Made by a program: the position numbers and the translations under genes. 64,000 nucleotides of DNA from Pachysolen tannophilus NRRL Y-2460 (lineage: Eukaryota): assembly GCA_001661245.1 (NCBI GenBank), contig KV454011.1, forward strand, positions 1,652,041-1,716,040, given 5' to 3'. Positions 11,844 through 22,038 of this stretch are shown here, in pieces (the stretch's first letter is position 1; the number at the start of each line of letters is the position of its first letter). The notes beneath the pieces were generated by a model. It was not told where the DNA came from. It saw nothing but the letters and a program-made list of their open reading frames with translations, and searched no databases.

Positions 11844-12151
11844 GATTAACGCTATTTCAGCTCGAACTGCGTGTCGGTGTCAATAAAGAGAGAAATATAA
11901 ATGATTATCTAAAACTATTCATTCAACTTTTCAGCAACAATTTTTTTTTTTAACTGCGAAAAACAGCGGTAGTAAACATCTTACACAAATGTCCTAAAAA
12001 GGAAATACAACAAAACTGTTTGATATATTCCTTTTAGGCATCAAGCATTGAAGCATCTTTTAATTGTATATTTTATACTTTGTATACAATAATTTTGAAT
12101 GATAATGAAGGTTTGTTATTTCGATCTAAGTGTATAATATGGTAATGAATA

Positions 12152-14590
12152 ATGACATTGCCCAATGAGTTAGTGCAACTCTATGGCTGGGATTTTGAAG
12201 CTCAAGTGCCCGAATTTGAAGTTGGTTTTGAGTTCGAGCTGTTAACAAACGAAAGATGGAAGTTAGAACCTACGGCGGCTAATTTTTTACATGGAATTGT
12301 GTCATTTCGCAGTAAACTTTGTGGTGGATTTGATGGAAATACACTAAAAGTATGTCATTTAAAGTCGTTAGATAATTTTTTATTGGATGTTTCGGAGTTG
12401 TATTTAAATGAAGATGATCATCTTGGTGATTTTACCGATTATTGCCTAAAGTCATCGATTTTTGAAATTGAATATTCTACTGAGAACAATGATTACGAAG
12501 TTTCTAATAGACTATCTGAAGAGGTTTTGAAAGAAGCTATAAAGTTGGATGATGACACAAGAATGTTTATGAGCCGCTGTTTGAAACCCGTCAAAAGAAA
12601 GCATGATTTAAAGTGTATATTTCCTGAAAAGGACGAGTTACTCAATTGTGATGAATTGATATTTTCCGGAACAGAGTATGATGGTGATTTATTTGATCAA
12701 TTAAAGCTTGATCTTAAAAGCCGCAAATTTGACATGAAGGTGCAAGATATAGATGAAACTTACAAATTTGATTCTTTTATTCCTTATGGTGAAAACTTTC
12801 TAGACGATATCAAAGGATACACAATACCGTCATTATCGTTAGAGCCAATCATTTTCAAAGATTTCAAACTTGATGCATTTATAGTTGACACTACCATTGA
12901 TGGTGTTGGGGCCGATTTTCCCCAATCTATCGTGCCGCTGTTAATTGAAAATGTTTGGAGAATAGAAAGTTCTTGTGAAAGTAATATTTCACACAGTGGA
13001 GATTTTCTTGAGGAAGAATTGAATGAAATTGCAATTAGTTATAAATTAAATCTCCCAAAGATGAAACAAAATGAACCCAACAATTCAGTTGCTGAAAGTT
13101 GTATAGACGGATTCCCAATTTGGATTATGCCCCAATTAACATTACTAAATATGGATTGGGTTTTCTTTAATAATGTTAATCCAGACAGCCTTTTGAATGA
13201 AATACTTGATAGTGATTTTTCAAAACATATAACCTTAATTGGTAACTTAGAATCAGATCATCATTGTCTGAGTAAAAATAAAGTAAAATTGTTCAAAATC
13301 AAACAAAAGCTATTAGAACAAGATGATGTTGGATATTTTGAAAGTGTAAACTCAATCAAACATGTTTCACGGAATGATTCGATACACAATAGAGATACTT
13401 TTATGCTACTGTCAAAAGAATTATTACAATATGAGCCTGAATCAAGCGAAAGGCTTTCTGAAAAGCCGCTGACGTTATCTTTTTCAACTGAAATTGTGTC
13501 AACTCCGGGATCTATGGTTGTTGAAAACTCTACAATAGCTCTTGAGCTACTGACCTCGCCAGAGCTTCCTGATACTACGTTTTTAAGACCAAATAAAAAA
13601 AGAAAGAAAAATAAGAGAAAACTGCTGCATACCAACAACTCCATTATTGAAATTGATGACTTGATTAAACAAAAATCTATGAAAAAAATTGATAGAATGG
13701 AATTTGCCAACGGAACAAACGTGACAAATTTTCCAATGAAAGATATCTTGACATTTTCAAGTAATGCATTAGACATTGACATTACCAGACATGAAATTCC
13801 ACCTGACTTTGACTTCGATACCTTACCCACTGTTGACGATGAACCTGAAAATAGTAGGAAGTCTAAGCTACTAAATTATCAATTTGAATCTCAGCGGCTA
13901 ATAATTTTGAACTTGTCGTTGCGAAACAAAGATAAACTGCTATTTTCATTATTATCGGAACTCGGCCAGTTACTGAACTCTAACTTACTAGTTTATGAGC
14001 AAGAGTTCAGTGAAGATCATAATGATTTTGACATATATCTTTCTTCTAATTTAGGTCTTATGATAATTAAAGACATAGAATTAACTCAATATAATGTATA
14101 TACAGGAAACTTACTTGTCGTGGAAGAATTAATGCAAACAGCAATGCAATCTAAGAATATTATCATATTGATCCAAATTAACTCAAAGCACGGATCTGTT
14201 GATTTTGAAGTGATAAGCAAATTCCAGAAAATATTGTCACTATTAAACATTGACTCAATAATATCTGAAGATGATGCTATCATTGAAGTAATATTCAATT
14301 TTATCAAGGAATATGGTTATCAAAGTAATTTCAGAGATATTAATTTTGAAGGGAAAAAAATCCTTCAATTGGACCTTGCCCATGCTAAGGATATAATGTT
14401 CCTCAAAGAATGTAAAATAAATAATCCAATCTTAATAATAGATATCTTGAAAAAAATAAATTATGATTTAAAGGATTTTATAACAATGGATTTCGGAAAG
14501 AGAGAGGCAACATTTAGTGATATCATGAGTCATGACCTATTAATATGGGTGGATAAAATATTTAACACAACATGGTCATTTGAAGAATAA
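12152..14590 (+). CDS. ZIP2: Probable meiotic ZMM protein Zip2 (SHOC1-like, C-terminal XPF/ERCC4-like domain)
   Basis: C-terminal IILN...VYEQEF...DFDIYLSSNLGLMII...LTQY...GNLL...KNIIILIQ resembles the recalled Zip2 XPF-like domain. URS1 element inside the 5' coding region. Confidence 0.55.
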   Translation: MTLPNELVQLYGWDFEAQVPEFEVGFEFELLTNERWKLEPTAANFLHGIVSFRSKLCGGFDGNTLKVCHLKSLDNFLLDVSELYLNEDDHLGDFTDYCLKSSIFEIEYSTENNDYEVSNRLSEEVLKEAIKLDDDTRMFMSRCLKPVKRKHDLKCIFPEKDELLNCDELIFSGTEYDGDLFDQLKLDLKSRKFDMKVQDIDETYKFDSFIPYGENFLDDIKGYTIPSLSLEPIIFKDFKLDAFIVDTTIDGVGADFPQSIVPLLIENVWRIESSCESNISHSGDFLEEELNEIAISYKLNLPKMKQNEPNNSVAESCIDGFPIWIMPQLTLLNMDWVFFNNVNPDSLLNEILDSDFSKHITLIGNLESDHHCLSKNKVKLFKIKQKLLEQDDVGYFESVNSIKHVSRNDSIHNRDTFMLLSKELLQYEPESSERLSEKPLTLSFSTEIVSTPGSMVVENSTIALELLTSPELPDTTFLRPNKKRKKNKRKLLHTNNSIIEIDDLIKQKSMKKIDRMEFANGTNVTNFPMKDILTFSSNALDIDITRHEIPPDFDFDTLPTVDDEPENSRKSKLLNYQFESQRLIILNLSLRNKDKLLFSLLSELGQLLNSNLLVYEQEFSEDHNDFDIYLSSNLGLMIIKDIELTQYNVYTGNLLVVEELMQTAMQSKNIIILIQINSKHGSVDFEVISKFQKILSLLNIDSIISEDDAIIEVIFNFIKEYGYQSNFRDINFEGKKILQLDLAHAKDIMFLKECKINNPILIIDILKKINYDLKDFITMDFGKREATFSDIMSHDLLIWVDKIFNTTWSFEE
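12273..12282 (+). promoter_or_regulatory. URS1 (Ume6) element CGGCGGCTAA inside the ZIP2-like ORF
   Basis: Match to the GGCGGCTA core about 120 bp after the ATG, encoded by ACG GCG GCT in an AT-rich gene. Confidence 0.6.
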
Positions 14591-14881
14591 AATCCATTTG
14601 GCAAATATTTGAAGTTTTCATACTGCTATTATTATAGAATATATAGAATAATGTGATGTTCTTTCCCTTAAAAGTTTACAAAAGGAATTTTGAAGTATAT
14701 AGCAAGCTCTTATATTACAAAATTAGTTTTAAATTGAATACATACCTAAATCACATAAAATAATGTACATTTTCCGCTTTTTTAAAATTCAAATAATAAG
14801 TTGACAAATTAAAAATAAAAATGAAACTCAAATACGCCTTAAAGCAGAAAAGATAATCATAAAGTTAAGCTAAAATAAATC

Positions 14882-16540
14882 TTAATATTCCCGTCCATTT
14901 ATTTGCCCATTTTTAATTTTCGCTTTATCGTTACGATCGTCATCCCTATCTTCTTCGTTATCCTCCTCCTGCTCCTCCTCCTCCACCACCACATCATCAT
15001 CATCACCATCTTCTTCTTCTTCATCATCTTCTTCACCATCGTCTTCTTCTTCTCCGCCATCTTCTTCGTCATCGTCATCCTCTTCCTCATCCTCTTCCTC
15101 ATCATCTTCATCATCTTCATCCTCTTCTTCATCAACCTTATCTTCATCGTCTATATCGTCTTCATCTTCGTCTGCAGTGTCATAATATACTTTTATTAGT
15201 CTAGGAACATTTCCTTCACTCTTTGCCAATTCATTGATTTTAGCGTAAATTCTTTCAGAATTGAAAGACGGTCCTAGTTCAACAGCTAACCTTTTAAATC
15301 TATTTTCGTAATCCTCAGATATTTTATCTAACAATCTCTGCTCATCGAAATCAGACCATTCATTGTTTCGCTGCTTATGACATCTCAAATATCTCATTTG
15401 AATAGCTTGCCAAGAGTGTTTACGATCGAGTAATAATTCAATATCTTTCCATGATTTCTTCAATGCTTCTTTTTGAAAAATGATTAAATCATCTTCTTCT
15501 TTAGTCCACCTTTTAATCTTTTTATCCTTTTTAGGTGTTTCTTTCCTTAGTTTTTTATTCTGAACACTTTGAAAAGTATGAGTACCTACAATTTTCACTT
15601 TACTCTTTGATTTAACTTCTGGTAATGGATCTTCTCCTCTCCGCGATCTACCTGATCTTCTTGGAATTTTTTGAATAATACTAACTTTTGAATGATCTAA
15701 ATAATCATCTCCTTCTTCTAGTCTCTGTATTCTATGATTTGTCGTTGCCGGACTCTCTAACCTGGATTTTTTATATTTAACATCATAACCGACTGGAGAA
15801 GTAACATCTAACCTGCTACTACTTTGTCTCAGATGAATACTTGTACCACACTCAATAGGATCTGAAACATCCATTTTCGAGCCTAAATTTGGAGTAGGTC
15901 CAAATGAGGATGTTCCTGGATAAAACGGATCAAATCTGGTATTGTTATTAAACGGTGGTTGATACTTCGGCAGTGAAGTGGGCCATGTTGATGTTTCATT
16001 TATTAGAGTTGAAATTGAGGGTAATTTTACTGAACCATTTGTATTCGTGCCAGTGACATTATTATGATCGTTAACGTTACTATGATTGTTGGTGGCTGCA
16101 TTGACGGTCCCTGCTGCTATATTATTTACTTTGTCCTTATTATTACGATTATCATTGTTGTTATTATTATTATTATTACTATTATTGTCGCTTGTATTAG
16201 AATCATTTAAATCATGACGTCTACCAACACTGGAAGGTGTTCCTGTAGTAACAGGTGATGGGTTTGGAACATCTTGTGGAGGAGGAGATGATGACGTAAG
16301 CGTGGTTGAATTGTTTAATTGTGAAGAATTATTTGTAATTTTACCTCTGCTAAATTGACTGGATCGTAATTTAGAAACAGGAGTTAAAAATAATTCATTT
16401 TTTATAGGATGTTGTACATTGTTCTCGGGTGTTTCTGGTCTCACAAACTCTTTAACATCCTCTTGTTGTTGTCTTCTTGGCCGTGTTGTTATCACCGGTA
16501 AACTTGCATTTGTAGCAGAATATTTTGATTTTGTTCTCAT
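14882..16540 (-). CDS. Myb/SANT-domain protein with N-rich region and long acidic C-terminal tail
   Basis: Two Myb-like repeats: RWTKEEDDLI...KSWKDI...SWQAIQMRY and EWSDFDEQRLL...RFKRLAVELG; D/E tract at the end. Confidence 0.75.
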   Translation of the reverse strand: MRTKSKYSATNASLPVITTRPRRQQQEDVKEFVRPETPENNVQHPIKNELFLTPVSKLRSSQFSRGKITNNSSQLNNSTTLTSSSPPPQDVPNPSPVTTGTPSSVGRRHDLNDSNTSDNNSNNNNNNNNDNRNNKDKVNNIAAGTVNAATNNHSNVNDHNNVTGTNTNGSVKLPSISTLINETSTWPTSLPKYQPPFNNNTRFDPFYPGTSSFGPTPNLGSKMDVSDPIECGTSIHLRQSSSRLDVTSPVGYDVKYKKSRLESPATTNHRIQRLEEGDDYLDHSKVSIIQKIPRRSGRSRRGEDPLPEVKSKSKVKIVGTHTFQSVQNKKLRKETPKKDKKIKRWTKEEDDLIIFQKEALKKSWKDIELLLDRKHSWQAIQMRYLRCHKQRNNEWSDFDEQRLLDKISEDYENRFKRLAVELGPSFNSERIYAKINELAKSEGNVPRLIKVYYDTADEDEDDIDDEDKVDEEEDEDDEDDEEEDEEEDDDDEEDGGEEEDDGEEDDEEEEDGDDDDVVVEEEEQEEDNEEDRDDDRNDKAKIKNGQINGREY

Positions 16541-17036
16541 TATTTTTCTTAACTTTTTCTGTTAACGTAACGTTCAATCCAAAATCAAAAATAAAAATAT
16601 AAAAAAAAAATAAAAAAAATACAAGCAAAAACAAAAGCAAAATCAAGCAAAAGAAAAAAAAAAAAAATTCTATTAATACTCCTTGGCCTTTAATTATAGA
16701 CTACAACGAATGATACCAATTATGATGGTGATTTTTTAAAAATTAAATTTAAATTTAAAATGGCTAAAAAAAAAAAAATAGATAAATATACAAGGAACTA
16801 GCAATTAATTAACGACATTCACAATGTTGTATTTTCCTAAATTTCGCGGTACAACTTCTGCTTTGTTGTAGTACAACAACATTGAAATAGGAAACTACTA
16901 GATTCAGACAATTGTGTTTCAGGTGCACTACCCGGGTAAGATAAACAATGCAATTGCCGATGCCGATGTTCTTGAAGCTATATTGCTAATGCTATTTTGC
17001 TAATGCTATTTTTTTTTTTTCTATTCTCCATTATAT

Positions 17037-18053
17037 TCAGTTTCTTCTCCAGGTGGACTTCATTGACAACTTGGAGCCGCCGCCATTATCTTCATCACTT
17101 GCACTACTATTAAAGCTTTTACTACGGTTAGTTGAAAATTTAGTTCTGAAAGAATCATCGCCACTAGTAACTGAATTATAAGTTGCTGATCGATTAATAT
17201 TTTGCCTTGCCTTTAACCTATTTGTGGAAGATGTGGAAGTAGGTGTAGATGTGGGCAAGGACGTAACAGGAGGAGGACGGCCACCTGATTTCAAAGTACT
17301 TTCTGATCGTGAATTAAATCCATTAAATCCACTTCCATTATTGTTATATGTATTCGTTCTTGCAGACAGCATTTGAGCATTTGGATGAGTCAGTATCACT
17401 GGCTGCGATTGAGCCTGAAATTGAGTGTGTTGTGATTGGCTCTGATGATTCCCTGATTTCATTTGTGAACTAGTTTTCGTAGTTCCATTTCCTGTTGAAC
17501 CTTTATAAATATCGTTTAAAGAATATTTGCTATTTATTAATCTAGAACGAGGTGCATCCTGCTGTGGGTACCGCTGCAGTTCTGCTTGCGCTTGAGCAGG
17601 CATCTGCTGCCTTTGCTGTGTCTGTGCATACCGATGTGATGGAGCTTGTGAAAAGTCTTCCGCCTGCTGCTGTTGCTGTTGCTGCTGCTGTTGTTGCTGT
17701 TGTTGGTTTAAACCACGTGTCAGACTTCTTGGATGATATGTCTGTGATTGTGAAGATGGAGGTGGCATCAGGTTACCACTATTATAATAATTCTGTCTAC
17801 TCCCATATCCATTATCCATACTCATGTTCCTACCATCTCGCTGTATACCTAACCAATCTGGAAATTCTAAATTATTTGATTCATAATAATTCACTAATGC
17901 CTTATGAACAATAGTATCTGTTTCTGTATTCCCATCACTTTCGCTATGTAAGGATAATCCACTAAATGAATTTGAAAACCCTTTTGAGCTCTGCTTAACT
18001 TTAGACCAAAATGTCTTTGCCTCTTTTCCAGAGGTTACTTTTGGTATATTCAT
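17037..18053 (-). CDS. MSO1: Sec1-binding protein Mso1
   Basis: N-terminal ESDGNTETDTIVHKALVNYY...FPDWLG Sec1-binding motif followed by a Q/S-rich disordered region. Confidence 0.8.
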   Translation of the reverse strand: MNIPKVTSGKEAKTFWSKVKQSSKGFSNSFSGLSLHSESDGNTETDTIVHKALVNYYESNNLEFPDWLGIQRDGRNMSMDNGYGSRQNYYNSGNLMPPPSSQSQTYHPRSLTRGLNQQQQQQQQQQQQQQAEDFSQAPSHRYAQTQQRQQMPAQAQAELQRYPQQDAPRSRLINSKYSLNDIYKGSTGNGTTKTSSQMKSGNHQSQSQHTQFQAQSQPVILTHPNAQMLSARTNTYNNNGSGFNGFNSRSESTLKSGGRPPPVTSLPTSTPTSTSSTNRLKARQNINRSATYNSVTSGDDSFRTKFSTNRSKSFNSSASDEDNGGGSKLSMKSTWRRN

Positions 18054-19282
18054 TAACGTTTTAAAATTACTTTAATATATTCAATTGGCGTTTTAATTAT
18101 TTAAATATATTTAAAAAAAGATATATTTAAATTCGCAATTAAAACAGATTTGCTCCGCACACGACTGTAGCAAATTTGCGCAACATGCGTAAGCTTTTGT
18201 GAAACCAAAACGCGTACGCAGGCTGGGGTGTATTTGCGTATATTTGCTGTGCGCTTTTAAGACGCTGAAAAAAATATTGAAAAAAAAAAAAAAAAATTTT
18301 TTTTTAGTTTTTTTGTTCTTTCGGTACAATTGATCACTTTTATTATTACTTTATTTAATCTCTTTTTCTTTGGCTTTTTTTATTATTTTCACAATAATAA
18401 TCTAGACCAAATGTCGAATAGATTATAAATATAGAGTATAGATATATAGCTATATAGCTATAATGAATGATGATATTATTTATTAAAAAAAAAAAGTTGT
18501 ATTTTCTGTTTTTGGCTTATTGTAAAAGTTTTAATTTTTTTTTTTTTTTCGATTTTCGATTAAAACACATACTGGGACTTTATCACCATGATTATGCCAT
18601 TTTAAATAGATAATTGTGGTAAACGAATCCCATAAATTGAATCCAATTAAGCGGGTGCTTTTTAATTAAAGATCAGCTTAATTTTTTGCATATCTGCAGA
18701 AGATTTGATAAGTCTCCTTTAACTAGGAGAATAGGTGTATTACTATCTTTTGATGATATGGAACATTTGTATTTCAAAAAAAAAAAAATCAGAACTTGAT
18801 TTCAATGTTTAAAAACAGAGCTTAAGTCATTTTAAATTTCTTATCGTCTTTTGGATTTGTAAAGTTCCATCAAGCTTTTAGGCGTTCGTTATATTAGGTT
18901 GTCAGTCTCGAGGAACAAATCTACGATATTACTGAATCGGGCAGGAGGAGTAAAGTTAATGAGAAACTGATAAGAATAGATAAACTTTCAAAATAAACCT
19001 GTATCTATTCTATTAGAAAACTGTAGTGAGATTATTTCTTTGGGTTTCAATGCTATTCTGCTTCTTTAAGATATTTCTGAATATTAAACTTTCGAAAATA
19101 TAAAACAGAAATGATTCTATTACTTATTTCAATATGTGATAATATATAGCTAGTAAAAATTTTTGATAACCCCGAATCAAAGTATTAAATCTTCTAAAAA
19201 AAAAAAATTTTGACAACAAAAATAGGGGAAATGATATTAACCTACCTGTAAGCTATAACTGGTATTTGAAATATTTTCCGGA

Positions 19283-21793
19283 TTATAAACCTAACCAGAA
19301 TTGTGTTTTTTCGATTGTGAATTTTTCGGATAAGAGAATATTATCAGAACTATTACCAACAAGAATTTCATACTCCCCCTTTTCTGCACACCATTCATTT
19401 TGATATTCGTCAAAATAAGAAATTGCATATTTTAAACTTGTATTGATTTCAACTGTTTTCATTTCAGTTTTTTGCAAAAAAACTTTAGTGAAATCTTTCA
19501 ATTCTTTGACTGGTCTAGTTATTGAAGGCGATTTAGGAGCAATGTAAACTTGAATAACTTCAGCTCCATCAAAACCCCCAGTGTTTTTAACATTCAAATG
19601 AACTTTGATCTCCTCATTTTGAATCCAAACTTTTAAATTAGATAAGTCAAATGTTGTATATGATAAACCATATCCAAATGGGAATAAAACTGGTCTATCA
19701 ATCTTTTCATAAAATCTATAATCAACATAGACATCTTCACCATAGAGTACTTGTCCATTATTTGATTTAAAATTGAAGTAAGCTGGATTGTCTTGGTTTC
19801 TAATTGGGAAGGTAAGAGACAATTTAGCTGATGGGTTAACATCTCCAAATAAAACATCGGCAATGGCATTACCAGTTTCAATACCGGTAAACCAAGCTTG
19901 TAGTAAACAAGGAACATCATCAATCCATGGGAAAGAAACAGGCGTACCTGATTGGTTGACAACAATGACATTGGGATTTGCTCTGACCACTGCTTCAACC
20001 AATTCATTTTGTAATCCTGGAAGTTCCATGTCAGGTCTATCAAAACCTTCACTCTCGTACTCTAATGAAGTACCAATACATAAAACGACTTTATCATGGT
20101 TCTTAGCTAATTCAACAGCTTTAGTAATTTCCTCGTATTGGTCAATAATTTTATTGATACCAAATGTGAGAGAACCACCTCCATTTGAAGCTACTGCATC
20201 GTTTGTTTCAAGGGTATAAGTTGGAGAACTACCAAACTCAACCGTAATTTTGTATTTTTCTCCTTTGTTAAGTTTGATGGAATTCTTAACTTCAATAGTA
20301 CCACAACCCAATGCAGCAGAACCTGCAATTTGATGCGTCTTGTTATCAATAAATAATTTATCATTAATAAACAATTGCGCAGTACCCAAGCAAGCTAAAC
20401 CAAATTCATAATCACCATCTTCATCTGGAACGTAGTAACCTTCGAAATCCATATAAAACAATTTTCCATTAATAAATTTGTCATTCTTATAATCAAATAA
20501 AGTTAAAGCAGAATTTTGCAAATTAAATGATTCAACAAAACGACGATTTGCAGTTCCTGGAGGATCAAGATAAGTTTTGCATGAGAACAGTTTTTCATTA
20601 TCTTTTGTATAAAGAAATTGACCTAACTCTGGTAAATTTTTATGAATTGTTGTACCAATCGAATAACCTGGCTTTGTTACTAGTTTTGAAGAAATCCCTG
20701 TAAATGGGTCAACAACATAATACGTTAATAACGAAGCTGAACCACCGCCACAATACCTAGCTGTCTTGGCATTTGGTCCAATAATAGCAACACTATCATC
20801 CTTGGATAAAGGTAACAAATTTTCATTATTTTTCAACAAGACAATCGAGTCAGCAGCAATTTTTTTTAATTTTCGAGAAGTTTCAGGGGTATTGTTACTG
20901 TCAGATTCAGGAGCAGATTCTGCAATACCAGAATTTTCAATGGAATATTTAACCAATTTTAAAACATTTCTAACTCTTTCATCCAATGTCTTTAAATGGA
21001 TTTCTTTTGAAGTGACAGCATGAGCAACAGAATCACTTTTTCTCATAATTGGGGGACCTGGCATTTCAATATCCAATCCACTATCAATTGATTCTTTTAA
21101 AGAATAAACACCAAACCAATCTGACATTATTGTTCCATCCCAACCCCATTCTTGTCTCAAAATTTGATTCAACAAATAATTTGACTGAGAAGTATGTTCG
21201 CCATTAACCTTATTATAGGAGCTCATAATAGCCCTTGGATTAGAATCTCTTATTGCTAACTGGAAAGGAAGCAAATAAATTTCACGAAGCGCTCTTTGTG
21301 TTACAACAGAGTTTACAGAATTTCTCTCATCGTCCAAATCGTTACAAACATAATGTTTCAAAGTTGCCACGATACCTTGATCTTGCATCCCTTTAATAAC
21401 CCTAGCTGATGATAATCCAGCCAATACAGGATCCGGAGAATATGATTCAAACCCTCTACCTCCCAATGGTCCTCTCTGAATATTACAAGTCGGACCTAAT
21501 ATTACATGGGCCCCTTTAGATTTTGCCTCTATAGCCATCAATTGACCTGCTTCTTCAAGTAATTCCTTATCAAAACTTGATGCAAGAGCAGTTCCATTGG
21601 GAAAACAAGCTGATGGAACACCTCTAAAGAACTTGGTGCCTCTAACACCATTTGGACCATCCGAGAACCTTAACGAAGGAATGTTTAACCTTTCTATCTT
21701 GGCCGTATGCCAAAAATCTATTCCCGAGATCAATTGGATTTTTTCATCCAAATTTAAAGCCTGAACGAGTGACTCAATATCTAAATGTGACAT
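19283..21793 (-). CDS. Intracellular GH3 beta-glucosidase with PA14 and FnIII-like domains
   Basis: SDGPNGVRG, KHYVCND, nucleophile motif IMSDW, ESEGFDR; PA14 insert; no signal peptide. Confidence 0.93.
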   Translation of the reverse strand: MSHLDIESLVQALNLDEKIQLISGIDFWHTAKIERLNIPSLRFSDGPNGVRGTKFFRGVPSACFPNGTALASSFDKELLEEAGQLMAIEAKSKGAHVILGPTCNIQRGPLGGRGFESYSPDPVLAGLSSARVIKGMQDQGIVATLKHYVCNDLDDERNSVNSVVTQRALREIYLLPFQLAIRDSNPRAIMSSYNKVNGEHTSQSNYLLNQILRQEWGWDGTIMSDWFGVYSLKESIDSGLDIEMPGPPIMRKSDSVAHAVTSKEIHLKTLDERVRNVLKLVKYSIENSGIAESAPESDSNNTPETSRKLKKIAADSIVLLKNNENLLPLSKDDSVAIIGPNAKTARYCGGGSASLLTYYVVDPFTGISSKLVTKPGYSIGTTIHKNLPELGQFLYTKDNEKLFSCKTYLDPPGTANRRFVESFNLQNSALTLFDYKNDKFINGKLFYMDFEGYYVPDEDGDYEFGLACLGTAQLFINDKLFIDNKTHQIAGSAALGCGTIEVKNSIKLNKGEKYKITVEFGSSPTYTLETNDAVASNGGGSLTFGINKIIDQYEEITKAVELAKNHDKVVLCIGTSLEYESEGFDRPDMELPGLQNELVEAVVRANPNVIVVNQSGTPVSFPWIDDVPCLLQAWFTGIETGNAIADVLFGDVNPSAKLSLTFPIRNQDNPAYFNFKSNNGQVLYGEDVYVDYRFYEKIDRPVLFPFGYGLSYTTFDLSNLKVWIQNEEIKVHLNVKNTGGFDGAEVIQVYIAPKSPSITRPVKELKDFTKVFLQKTEMKTVEINTSLKYAISYFDEYQNEWCAEKGEYEILVGNSSDNILLSEKFTIEKTQFWLGL

Positions 21794-21850
21794 TTCTGAA
21801 CAATCAGAAGATTAACAGCTTTAATACTTAAAAAGAACGAATGATATTTC

Positions 21851-21887
<37 letters not shown>

Positions 21888-21939
21888 ATAATTATATCTA
21901 TATATTTTTGTGAAAGACAAATACACGGCTAGGAAAATG

Positions 21940-21950
21940 AAAATCTGGGG
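21940..21950 (+). promoter_or_regulatory. Mig1/CreA-type glucose-repression site (AAAATCTGGGG) upstream of the beta-glucosidase
   Basis: AT box plus SYGGGG about 150 bp upstream of the ATG, upstream of a (TA)n TATA-like tract. Confidence 0.5.
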
Positions 21951-22038
21951 GAAATTCAGTGACCGCTGCAACCTTACATACATATACACGCATATTAGTT
22001 TAATTTTATATGATTTCGTAATAACTATCTAATTAAGT

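Noticed and set aside
14899..15199. Alternative-frame and antisense ORFs over acidic or Asn-rich tracts (also near 34167-35049 and 46191-46430)
   Set aside because: Shadows of trinucleotide low-complexity coding sequence.
18560..19280. Mixed-composition intergenic DNA downstream of the beta-glucosidase
   Set aside because: No ORF, RNA structure or repeat that I can support.
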